The position numbers and the translations under genes are program-made. Shown here piece by piece: positions 40,147-49,235 of a stretch of DNA of 64,000 nucleotides; position 1 is the stretch's first letter, and each line of letters starts with the position of its first letter. The stretch covers positions 128,001 to 192,000 of the forward strand of contig JABCTZ010000036.1 in NCBI GenBank assembly GCA_018238155.1. Reading direction: 5' to 3'. The notes under the pieces were generated by a model that was given only the letters and a program-made list of their open reading frames with translations, had not been told where the DNA came from and did no database searches. Source of the DNA: Candidatus Heimdallarchaeota archaeon (GTDB taxonomy: Archaea > Asgardarchaeota > Heimdallarchaeia > JABLTI01).

Positions 40147-40544
40147 ATGAACGGATTCAATCTTCATTTTAATATCTATTTTCCTTTTGGTGCTTCTTTT
40201 TTTTGCCTAAATTTATTCTATTTCAGTTGTAGTAGAAGAGAATTAGTAAAAAAATAGGTTGATCTAAAAGCATGTGTTAAGCTTGAAAATATTGTTAAAA
40301 TACAATACAAAAATCTCTCATAAAAGAGTATTTTTGTCTTTACTCTTTTTTGAGAATAAACAACTTACTAATTTATTAATCTATTAATTCATTGAAAAAA
40401 CTTTCTTTTTTCTAATAAATCAATCTCTCTTTAATTCATTTATCTATTTATTTCATAACCCTTTTTGCCACAAAAAAAAGCTATTTATATCAATTCTTAC
40501 AATAAAAGTAGATATACAATTAATATTGAAAGGAGAAAAATTAA

Positions 40545-41036
40545 ATGAAACCACTAAGCCTCTGTTTAGTACAAATGGGAGACAAGGGACTTGAATTAGT
40601 ATCATCACATCCAAAGGTTTTACCAAAAGAAGTTCTAACTGAAATCACCTATAAATCAATGCCAATGGGTGCAAAGCCTGGAGAATTTGTTTCTTCATCT
40701 GTGAGTGATCTATTCTATTCAAGCTATATTTTCTCTTTACCAAGAGAAGATTCTCGAGACAATATTTGTGCTATTATCGCTATTTTTAGTGACATGAAAT
40801 ATAACATTGATGGAATTAGAAAAGTTTTCTCGTTTTTAATTAAGGAATTAGAAACAAAGACTCTTTTAAAATTAGATCTTATGGAGGAAATCTTACCTAA
40901 TCTCTATACTGGATTCAGTAAAGGAAACATTAGAATAAAGATTAGTTCAGTTGCAACAATCTCGATTGATTTTGAAACTAAAGAAGAAGAACCCAAAGAT
41001 GAAACTACTGATCTTGAAGATGATTTATGGAAATAA
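40545..41036 (+). CDS. Longin/uDENN-like protein (putative GTPase regulator)
   Basis: Pattern LCLVQMGDKGLELVSSHP..I..KSMPMG..beta-beta..R..ICAIIAIFS typical of uDENN/longin folds; first gene of the GTPase operon. Confidence 0.6.
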   Translation: MKPLSLCLVQMGDKGLELVSSHPKVLPKEVLTEITYKSMPMGAKPGEFVSSSVSDLFYSSYIFSLPREDSRDNICAIIAIFSDMKYNIDGIRKVFSFLIKELETKTLLKLDLMEEILPNLYTGFSKGNIRIKISSVATISIDFETKEEEPKDETTDLEDDLWK

Positions 41037-41065
41037 TGAAAGACTAAGAAAAGGAGTGTAATTGA

Positions 41066-41608
41066 GTGTCATTTCTACGAAATCTCTTTAGAAGAAAAAG
41101 AACAAAAGAAGTCGATATAACGATTTGTGGTTTAGCAAGTGCTGGAAAAACTACAATTGTAAAATACCTTGAAACAGGTCAATTTATTGATACACAACCA
41201 ACCATGGGTATTAATCGTGGTGAGACAATTAGTGTTGAAAAACTTGAAATAAATATTTTTGATCTTGGAGGTCAAGATGATTTCAGAGTTCTCTGGCCTG
41301 AAGTAAATGAGAATTCAGATGGAATAGTTTTTGTTGTTGATAAGCACGATACAATACAATTCGAAGAAGCCCGTTTGACATTTCAAGAAATTGTCAAATC
41401 ACAAATACATGAAGATGTAATCGTACTTGTTTTATTACACAAAAATGATCTGCCTGGCGGAATGTCTCGAAGTAGTTTTATTCAAGAATTTGATTTAATT
41501 GATTTATCTTTCAAATGGGCTTGCTATGAAACTTCTGCAAAAACTGGTGAGAACATCTTTGAAGCATTTAGATGGTTTTTTGATCAATTGATGGAGGAAT
41601 CTTCCTAA
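41066..41608 (+). CDS. Arf/Arl-like small GTPase
   Basis: Amphipathic N-helix MSFLRNLFRR; G1 GLASAGKT, G2 PTMG, G3 DLGGQ..FRVLW, G4 HKND, G5 ETSAK. Confidence 0.92.
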   Translation: MSFLRNLFRRKRTKEVDITICGLASAGKTTIVKYLETGQFIDTQPTMGINRGETISVEKLEINIFDLGGQDDFRVLWPEVNENSDGIVFVVDKHDTIQFEEARLTFQEIVKSQIHEDVIVLVLLHKNDLPGGMSRSSFIQEFDLIDLSFKWACYETSAKTGENIFEAFRWFFDQLMEESS

Positions 41609-42465
41609 TGGTTAATGCTCTGACATTATATTATATTATTTTTTCATGGCTAACAGTTATTGTGAATATTGTTTTGGCAAGTGCTTTGTTACGAAACTTC
41701 ATCAGAAAAAAGACTCTTGGAACGATTATTCTTTTTGTCTCATACATGCTAATTGGTTTTAGTGCAATTTTAGCTGCAATTCATTACTCAGTAGCTTCAT
41801 TCAATATTAGTATAGAATTCATTGGTGTAAGTCAAACTCTAGCAACACTTTTTCCATTAATCGCATTACTGCAAATTTATGTTTTCTCTTGTAGACATAT
41901 TCTGAAAGATAATGAAGTTCTAAAGAACTTCCATTTAATTATCTTCTCTATAATAATTGGTAGTGTATTTACGATTTATTTGATGGCTGTATTTGGAATC
42001 ACACCTCAGCAACCTGGTTTCTTGTTTGCAGAAGATGTATCTCCATTATGGTATCAGATGTCAAGAAGTGATGTTGCAAATACAAGTCTCTTTAATCTTA
42101 CAGTACGTGCAAGTGTTATGGTTATTACCACCATTCAAATTTATATCAACTTGAGAATAATTATTAGAGCATTTATACTCTCTCGAAGAACTGATAGAAT
42201 TATTCGTAAACGCGGATTACAACTAATTGCAACGGGGTTATTAGTTTACCTTACAGCTGGAATAGTCATTGCTTTAGAAATGGCAATTTCATGGCCTGAA
42301 GGTAGCGCAATGCCAACAATTTTATGGACTTTGCGAAAGGTGATATTCATAACATCCTATCTAATCCTTTACTTGGGTTGGATTATGCCTGATTGGTTCA
42401 GACGTCGGCTACGAGGGAAAACTTGGTTTGAAATGCAATATAAAACAGTATCAAAACAATCTTAG
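41608..42465 (+). CDS. Seven-transmembrane protein translationally coupled to the GTPase
   Basis: Seven hydrophobic segments, long TM4-TM5 loop, basic TM5-TM6 loop, PDWFRRRL after TM7; TAATG overlap at 41606-41610. Confidence 0.8.
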   Translation: MVNALTLYYIIFSWLTVIVNIVLASALLRNFIRKKTLGTIILFVSYMLIGFSAILAAIHYSVASFNISIEFIGVSQTLATLFPLIALLQIYVFSCRHILKDNEVLKNFHLIIFSIIIGSVFTIYLMAVFGITPQQPGFLFAEDVSPLWYQMSRSDVANTSLFNLTVRASVMVITTIQIYINLRIIIRAFILSRRTDRIIRKRGLQLIATGLLVYLTAGIVIALEMAISWPEGSAMPTILWTLRKVIFITSYLILYLGWIMPDWFRRRLRGKTWFEMQYKTVSKQS

Positions 42466-42719
42466 GGGAATCATTCCTCTAACTCTACTTTTTTTGTTCT
42501 GAAAATTTTTCTACTAAAAATTAAATATCACTTTATTGATATTGATTACAGTGTCTTTAAATAGATGATTGATAAATATACTCTTGTTAGTTAGATAATT
42601 TCTAATTAACGGTGAGTGAGTTGACCTAACTCGGTTTTTAGAGTTTAAAATTCGATGTGGATTGTGAGTTGACCGACCGTCCCTTTACTAGTTCACTGTG
42701 AATTTAATAGGTGAATAAA

Positions 42720-42806
42720 ATGAACAAACAAAAACAAGAAATTCGTAATGAATTCAGAAAAGTGCTGGCTAAACCTGGAACAGAAGTTCCTCGAATATTG
42801 AAATAA
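42720..42806 (+). CDS. Candidate small ORF (28 aa)
   Basis: MNKQKQEIRNEFRKVLAKPGTEVPRILK preceded by an AGGTGA SD. Confidence 0.3.
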   Translation: MNKQKQEIRNEFRKVLAKPGTEVPRILK

Positions 42807-42839
42807 CGAAATACAAAATATCGAAAGGAAAAACAAAAA

Positions 42840-42944
42840 ATGACAAGTAAAAACCATAAATCAAACAAGAAAATAAATGAAAGCATTGTAAAAGCAAGAA
42901 ATGAGAGCCTAAATTTTAATTTACATATTGTAATAAACAAATAG
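42840..42944 (+). CDS. Candidate small ORF (34 aa)
   Basis: MTSKNHKSNKKINESIVKARNESLNFNLHIVINK preceded by AAGGA. Confidence 0.22.
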   Translation: MTSKNHKSNKKINESIVKARNESLNFNLHIVINK

Positions 42945-43153
42945 ACGCAAGAGATAGACACTAGTTAACAGCACTAGCTAATCATCTCCCATTTCACCTA
43001 AATATTTGCTTACAAGAAATTCCCTTAGAATTATGAACAGCTCAAACCATTACTAATCAAGCGTTGATACCTGCCTTGCATGTGTTCAACTTGATATCTT
43101 TTTTACTAATTTTACTGATAAAAATGACTTTTTAAGAAAAAAATAATGAAGGT

Positions 43154-43182
43154 AAAAAAAGAGGGATTGGGACAAATCCCTC
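43154..43182 (-). terminator. Hairpin plus T-tract after the PadR/HAAS operon
   Basis: GAGGGATT/AATCCCTC stem (43161-43182) with A7 at 43154-43160. Confidence 0.6.
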
Positions 43183-43197
43183 TGTCTACCTTATTTA

Positions 43198-44388
43198 TTA
43201 TTGAGGGAATCCTTCGAAGCCTAACCTGATCATTCGCACAAATTGCGATATCATCTTTAATATTGTTCCACCAATAATTACCCATATAACAATTGTTGCT
43301 ACTGTCTGGAATGTATCTGCGTTAATATAATTTTGAACAAGTCCAAATATCCAATTGTAGGCAATTTCACGTCGATAAAGAATTGCATGATAAAGTGCGA
43401 TATTCACTCCTCGAGGTGCAAGACCAAGAAAGAGCAATGCTTGCTGTAATCCAATTCTTCTACCAACTAACGCTTGGAAGAATTGAATGAATCCTAATAC
43501 CAATCCTGTTACACCTGTAAGTGCAAACCAGATTTTCAATTGATCTGGTAGAAAGTCAAGAAAAGGCATGAATGGTAGAATTATCGTAACTACACCAAAA
43601 GCTATTCCAAAAACCCCTTCAGAAAGATAATCTTTTCCAAGATGTTTGTGTTTCTTCCCCAATCTAGGTGTTGGCTCTGTAATAGTTCTTACGGGAATTT
43701 CCTTCATTACTTGAGGTTCAACTCTTGGCTTAGAGAGTGGGATTGCTTTGTAATCTTCTTCATCTTTAGTGTAAGTTACAACTTCCTCTTCTGTCTTTGG
43801 TTTCCATGATTTGAAACCATCGAAAGAAATATGAAAATCAAACATCCTTCCAAAAGAATCGAAATCCTCAGGAATATATCCCTCATGTGAGAGATAGATG
43901 AATAGTACTGTTATAAGCACCAATGCAATTGAGACGCTCATTATCGAACCTGATATCCAGCCTGAAAAAAGTTCTTTAACACCAATACTAGCATTGACTG
44001 CTGAAGGTATTCTAATAAGCATAACTAAGAAATTAATTCCAAGTAAGACTGCACAAACGATAATGACAACTTTAGTGTATCCTATCCATAATTCCTCCGT
44101 AATGAAGAATTTTGGTTTACCTCGTCGTTTATATTCTCCAGCAATTTTGCTGGGAGTACCCATCTGATCAATAACTTGTTTTATATCTCCAATTGATGGA
44201 TCTTCTCCATCTGCCAATTCTGTTGCTCTATCCCAAATATGTGTTTCAAGTTCTTCTAAGATATCATCAACGTCTTTTTTCTCATCTTTTAACCAGAATG
44301 GTAGCTTTCTTTCAACTTCATCCAAGAATTCTTTGATAAGTTTTTGATCTTCATTTAAAAATTCAAAATTATTTTTGTTTTCATTCAT
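43198..44388 (-). CDS. HAAS-domain membrane protein (PadR partner)
   Basis: IKEFLDEVERKLP..DILEELETHIWD..VIDQMGTPSKIAGEY followed by multiple TMs. Confidence 0.8.
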   Translation of the reverse strand: MNENKNNFEFLNEDQKLIKEFLDEVERKLPFWLKDEKKDVDDILEELETHIWDRATELADGEDPSIGDIKQVIDQMGTPSKIAGEYKRRGKPKFFITEELWIGYTKVVIIVCAVLLGINFLVMLIRIPSAVNASIGVKELFSGWISGSIMSVSIALVLITVLFIYLSHEGYIPEDFDSFGRMFDFHISFDGFKSWKPKTEEEVVTYTKDEEDYKAIPLSKPRVEPQVMKEIPVRTITEPTPRLGKKHKHLGKDYLSEGVFGIAFGVVTIILPFMPFLDFLPDQLKIWFALTGVTGLVLGFIQFFQALVGRRIGLQQALLFLGLAPRGVNIALYHAILYRREIAYNWIFGLVQNYINADTFQTVATIVIWVIIGGTILKMISQFVRMIRLGFEGFPQ

Positions 44389-44392
44389 TTTA

Positions 44393-44923
44393 TCAAATCC
44401 TCTGATTAATTAACTCCTCTACAAAAATTCCGCATACTTCGCAGTATTTTGCTTCAACATCTAATTTGATTTGATTTGCACAATTAGGACAATACATAAA
44501 CTCATTTTCTGGAAGTTCGATTCCAAATTCCATCAAGGGAGATATTGCTTCAAGAAGTTTAGCAAAAAATCCTGTCATATGATTTAGTAATTTATGTCCT
44601 GCATCCGTTAAGATATAATATCTTCTCGGGCGACCCGTTAATTCTTTCTTTTCAGATTTGAGAACACCATCTTTCTCCATTTTTCGTAAAAGCGGATACA
44701 ATGTACCTTCCTCAATTATCAGCACATTGTTTGTTTCTTGTTCCAATTGTTTTAGTAATTGATATCCATAAGTTCCTTCTTCGGAACATCGTTTGAGGAT
44801 TTGTAGAACTGTAACTGTAGATATTCCTCGCAGTAATTCTGATTCAAAGCTTTCAACGTATGTTCTAAAGTGGTCATCACCGATTAATGCTTCCGGGTGG
44901 AATGATTTTACTTTTTTTAACAC
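44393..44923 (-). CDS. PadR-family regulator with C-terminal zinc ribbon
   Basis: YGYQL, EEGTLYPLLRKMEKDG, RPRRYYILTDAG; CPNC..CEVCG. Confidence 0.92.
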   Translation of the reverse strand: MLKKVKSFHPEALIGDDHFRTYVESFESELLRGISTVTVLQILKRCSEEGTYGYQLLKQLEQETNNVLIIEEGTLYPLLRKMEKDGVLKSEKKELTGRPRRYYILTDAGHKLLNHMTGFFAKLLEAISPLMEFGIELPENEFMYCPNCANQIKLDVEAKYCEVCGIFVEELINQRI

Positions 44924-44977
44924 GAGTATTCGCCTTTTTGTTATTTAATTTACTATTACTGTTATATTATTCTTACA

Positions 44978-44998
44978 ATACTATATCACGTATAGTAT
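44978..44998. promoter_or_regulatory. Probable PadR operator
   Basis: Perfect ATACTATA-n5-TATAGTAT just downstream (minus strand) of a TTTATATA box at about 45004-45011. Confidence 0.65.
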
Positions 44999-45084
44999 AT
45001 TCCATATATAAACATTCACAATCCTTGGGGAAAATCTTCAAGAACGAAATAAGAACTAGAATACTAAAAATATTTTAAGAAGCA

Positions 45085-46104
45085 ATGAATTCCTATAGTA
45101 TGCGCTTGCTAGCAATTGCAGATACTCACTTTGGATACGAAACTGGTAGATCTTCAGAAGCTAGAAAATTCACATATGAAAGTATGTTCAATAAGTTTGA
45201 GGAAATAATTACTATAGCAAAAAAACAAAATGTAGATGCTATACTACATGCAGGTGATTTTTTCAATCGAAGCGTTCCCAGAAAAAAGGTTCTAAAGCGA
45301 TCATATGAATTGGTTGAAAGGATATTACTTGAGGAAATATCTTTTCTTGTTATACCTGGCAATCATGAGCGAGCTAAATTACCTGAATCCTTGTTGAGTT
45401 TCCACAAAAGAAGCCATTTTTTCAATAAATTATCTAAAGTTGATTTAGATCAATGTTCTATTGTTGGTTTTCCCTTTATACGAAAAGACCCTCAATCTGT
45501 AGCAGAAAAAATCAACAAATTATTACAAACTGAACATAAAAACCCAAAAATCGTACTATGTCATCAACTTTTCGAGGGCGCAACGTTTGGACCACATCAA
45601 TTTGTTTTTCGAAAAAAACATGGTGCAATCAAAATTACTTCTGCTTTCCAAGATGTTTCTTTAATTATTTCCGGTCATGTCCATCGTGCACAAAGCCTTT
45701 TTGACGGCTTAGTTGTTTATCCAGGCTCAATTGAACGAACAAGCTTTGTTGAATTCATAGAACCAAAAGGATATCTAACAATCGACATTGAATCTGATTT
45801 CAGTAAAGTACAATTTCACCCATTAAATTCTCTGCCGATGGATGTCATTGAATTCCCGGTTTACAATACTGATCTTGATTACGATACTTTACTCTCTACA
45901 ATACAATCTGGTCTTCATCGAACCTTATTACGATTAACTGGACGAAAATTAACTATTGCTGAAATAGAAAATTTGAGAAATTTTTTCCCTTCAAATGAAT
46001 ATCCGCTATTGGTTATAAGCCCTCGTTTCCCTGAATATTCTCTTAAACCACTTTATACGAATCATGTCCCATTTGATTTTCCTGCTTTTGTAAAGAATCT
46101 CTAA
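45085..46104 (+). CDS. SbcD/Mre11-like metallophosphoesterase
   Basis: ADTHFG, HAGDFF, PGNHE, CHQ, SGHVH, YPGSIERTSFVE..KGY. Confidence 0.85.
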   Translation: MNSYSMRLLAIADTHFGYETGRSSEARKFTYESMFNKFEEIITIAKKQNVDAILHAGDFFNRSVPRKKVLKRSYELVERILLEEISFLVIPGNHERAKLPESLLSFHKRSHFFNKLSKVDLDQCSIVGFPFIRKDPQSVAEKINKLLQTEHKNPKIVLCHQLFEGATFGPHQFVFRKKHGAIKITSAFQDVSLIISGHVHRAQSLFDGLVVYPGSIERTSFVEFIEPKGYLTIDIESDFSKVQFHPLNSLPMDVIEFPVYNTDLDYDTLLSTIQSGLHRTLLRLTGRKLTIAEIENLRNFFPSNEYPLLVISPRFPEYSLKPLYTNHVPFDFPAFVKNL

Positions 46105-46301
46105 TCTACAAGTCAAATTTTTCTCTCTTTTGTCTCTAATTAGTACTGCTGTTGACCATTTAGTAGAAAAAAAGAGTCATTTCTCTTAAATGATTGAGAA
46201 ACAATTCTGGAAATTATGTTAATTTTTATAAAGATATATTAATGTTTAATCTATTGAGAATTCGTGGAGATTTTGTTCACATTTCAAAAAAGGTGATTTT
46301 T

Positions 46302-47207
46302 TTGAAAGAAGCTAAAATACAACACATACAAGTAACTAGAAATATTGTCGTTCATAGAAAAACAGGTACAGGAATAAATGAGGGCAATATTGTTTGTTTA
46401 AATAACGATTTGGGTTTGATTTTTGTTGACGCAGGTCGTGTTACACAAGACGCAAAAAAATTCCGTGCAGAGATGGAAAAGAAATATAAGAAAAAAGCTG
46501 AATATCTTATTTTAACCCATAATCATGGAGATCATACTTTTGGAGCAGAAGCATTTAAAGATCTACCAATAATATCTTCACAAAAAGCATATGATGATTA
46601 TTATGAATTAGAAAAGGAAGGAAAGTTAAGTAAGGAATATCGTCAAGGATTTATCAACGTTATGAAAGAAAAAGCAGCGAAAGGTGAATTTGAGCTTTCA
46701 GAATCTTGGCACAAAGATTTTGCTACTAATTATTTAGCAGCTACTTTATATCCACCAACTTTAGCTATCTCCGATGAAATGAAACTTGGTTCACCTGAAC
46801 AACAGATACTTTTCAAAGTAATAGGTGGTCATTCTGATTGTTCTGCTTATTTGTACTATTTACCTGAAGATATTCTAATTGCAGGTGATAATTTTAATTG
46901 CGATCATGCACAAAATTCTGGTTGTATGCTTGCAGGAATGAATGACAAAGGTATTGCTATTCTGAAACTATTTGAGGATCTAAATCCTAAGAAAGTAATT
47001 CCAGGTCATGGTCCTGTTGTTGAGAAAGATTACATCAGAACCTCACGTGTATATTTCAGTGAAATGTTTGCAAAGTTGAAAGAGCTAAAAGAAAAAGGTG
47101 TTTCTCTTGGAGAGGCATCCAAACACCCTGGTTTGCCGAATTTTTTTGAAGATAAAAAACATCGGCAATGGGATCATATTATGTCAAGCTGGTATTCGCA
47201 ACTCTAG
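46302..47207 (+). CDS. MBL-fold metallo-hydrolase (cyclase-like)
   Basis: THNHGDHTFG, GGHS, AGDN, PGHG; TTG 46302 after AGGTGA preferred to 46194. Confidence 0.85.
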   Translation: MKEAKIQHIQVTRNIVVHRKTGTGINEGNIVCLNNDLGLIFVDAGRVTQDAKKFRAEMEKKYKKKAEYLILTHNHGDHTFGAEAFKDLPIISSQKAYDDYYELEKEGKLSKEYRQGFINVMKEKAAKGEFELSESWHKDFATNYLAATLYPPTLAISDEMKLGSPEQQILFKVIGGHSDCSAYLYYLPEDILIAGDNFNCDHAQNSGCMLAGMNDKGIAILKLFEDLNPKKVIPGHGPVVEKDYIRTSRVYFSEMFAKLKELKEKGVSLGEASKHPGLPNFFEDKKHRQWDHIMSSWYSQL

Positions 47208-47498
47208 TTGCGGGGGTCAAATTGAGGTTGGCATCATTCAATCTTCGAGTATGGTGCTTGCCTCTTAATTATTTATTTTTCAATGGTGTTAATGTTGAAG
47301 GTTTGATAGAATATTTTTCTGCAATTCAACCAAATAAATATGCTGTAAATACAGCAAAACATCGAGATAAAAGCTTTATAAAAAAATCTACTTTATTTCA
47401 GAAGAAAAGTTGAGGGAGAACTTATATCTTATTTACTAAATACAATAGATTGAAATTCATCGGATAAAATCATTTTTAGTAGAAATTACTCAATTAAG

Positions 47499-48119
47499 GT
47501 GAATATATTGACAAACCAACAAATCAAAGATAACAGAAATTTGAAAGAATTTGCTTTAGATACTCTCAAAATAGTGACTTGTAACTTTTTAACTTCTTTC
47601 TCTGGAATAGAATCTGAAAATATCACCAAACAAATCACTAAAGATAGCAATCACATCTTCTGGATTTTTGGGCACTGTGCATCGCACATGGATATTGCTT
47701 TTGGATTATCTTGTCAGGGAAAAGGTCTCTTAACAAAGGAACAACACAAGCATTTTGGATATGGTATTGATAAGGAAATTGCTCATACGATACCTGAACA
47801 ATCGTTTCATGATTTCATGGAATTATTTTTGATTATTATTGAAAATACTTTTGAGTTTCTGGATAAATTAGCCGAGGAGAACTTTAGAGACTTACCTCGA
47901 AACCTTTCCGAAAAAAGGCAAAAAGAATCAGTTTTATTGACTATTCAAAGAGTCTCTCTACATTTAATGGGGCACATGGGACAAATAACTGCTATCAGAA
48001 GAAAACTAGGAAACCCTGTTCCAATGGGTTTTGTTGCAGGTATGACAAAAGAATCTCGAAAGTCTATTAATGACAAATATAGAAAATGGTGGAATGAGAA
48101 TAAAGAGAAATTCACATAA
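47499..48119 (+). CDS. DinB/YfiT-family protein
   Basis: NHIFWIFGHC and HLMGHMGQI His triad. Confidence 0.8.
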   Translation: MNILTNQQIKDNRNLKEFALDTLKIVTCNFLTSFSGIESENITKQITKDSNHIFWIFGHCASHMDIAFGLSCQGKGLLTKEQHKHFGYGIDKEIAHTIPEQSFHDFMELFLIIIENTFEFLDKLAEENFRDLPRNLSEKRQKESVLLTIQRVSLHLMGHMGQITAIRRKLGNPVPMGFVAGMTKESRKSINDKYRKWWNENKEKFT

Positions 48120-48173
48120 ACAAAATTTAAATTTTTGAATAATAGATTTTGTAGACATACCAAAATGAGTTTC

Positions 48174-48584
48174 TTAGCTTTCAGGTGGAGGATATTTCGC
48201 CTTTAATACGAGATTATCTATATTAGATTTAATCATATCACGATTTACCTCATCTGGGTCACAAAGTAAAGCACGTTTGAAAGCATTGATGGATTTATGA
48301 TATTCACGGCTCGTTTTGTAGGAGTGAGCAATAACGGACCAAAAAGTGAACATGTCACCTTGTGGGTTATCCACTTTATTCATACAATTTACTGCTTCAT
48401 CTAAGTTTCCAAGAGCATTATTACAAAGAGCTAAATGGAAAATAACACCCTGATTATCAGGTTCAATTTCAGATGCTTGTACTAAAATTTTGTAAGTTTG
48501 TTTATATTTTTCTTTCTGGAAGAAAGCTTTTCCTTGCCCTAAAAGGGTATCAATGTCGACATTGTCTGTCAATCTCATCTCCAA
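48174..48584 (-). CDS. Small TPR protein
   Basis: About 3 TPRs. Confidence 0.75.
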   Translation of the reverse strand: MEMRLTDNVDIDTLLGQGKAFFQKEKYKQTYKILVQASEIEPDNQGVIFHLALCNNALGNLDEAVNCMNKVDNPQGDMFTFWSVIAHSYKTSREYHKSINAFKRALLCDPDEVNRDMIKSNIDNLVLKAKYPPPES

Positions 48585-48703
48585 TTATTTTGTTTTTTTT
48601 TCAATTAAAAAGTCTTTTCAATACAAAGGTTAGTCATTTGTTCGGTCGTTTTCATCGAAAAGGTTTTAAATTATTTTAGTCCAAAAAATTCTTACACTAT
48701 TAC

Positions 48704-48875
48704 GGAGTGGTAGTGTAAAATATTGATTGAAAGATCAGTATTCACAAAGCCAGGCAGCACGGCAGGCTCCAGAAGTAATGTGAATGTAACTGACCGTTTG
48801 GGATGATGACGTTCCGGAGCGGTGCTCCATAGTAGAGAAACTTGCTGGTCGGGAGTTCAAATCTCCTCCACTCCA
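48704..48875 (+). tRNA. trnW: tRNA-Trp(CCA) with two introns (about 48718-48748 at 14/15 and about 48773-48839 at 37/38)
   Basis: Acceptor GGAGTGG/CCACTCC+A; anticodon stem GCAGG/CTTGC around CT-CCA-G; T arm GGGAG TTCAAAT CTCCT; T-tract downstream. Confidence 0.88.
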
Positions 48876-48905
48876 CTTTTTTTTACACCTTAATAGTTTT
48901 TACAA

Positions 48906-49235
48906 CTATTGTTTTTCTAATTCCACAAAAACATTCCTTTTCATCAATTTATTTCCAAAATTCTCTTTGAGATAATTATAAAATTTTTCAGTATAACACA
49001 GAATACGTTTTACTCGACAATTAATTACAACTATAATTTGTATTTTAGTTTTTTCATTATCTAGCGGTTCATTTTTCATTGAAAAAATTGGTAATGGAAA
49101 TAACTGACCGTTACCAAAAGCTATTCCAAGTTGCTTGTATTTAACATTACAACTCGGACATTCTTCTGTAAAAACACCAATATATTTTTCTATTTCAAAT
49201 CCACAGGATCGACTTATCCAAATCCAGTTAGTCAT
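48906..49235 (-). CDS. Small hypothetical protein, possibly a degenerate zinc ribbon
   Basis: WISRSCG...CPSC; the first expected Cys is Ser. Confidence 0.35.
   Translation of the reverse strand: MTNWIWISRSCGFEIEKYIGVFTEECPSCNVKYKQLGIAFGNGQLFPLPIFSMKNEPLDNEKTKIQIIVVINCRVKRILCYTEKFYNYLKENFGNKLMKRNVFVELEKQ

Noticed and set aside
41608-42465. 7-TM protein as a microbial rhodopsin or heliorhodopsin
   Set aside because: No DxxxK or SxxxK retinal-binding motif; the only TM7 Lys (LRKV) lies near the start of the helix.
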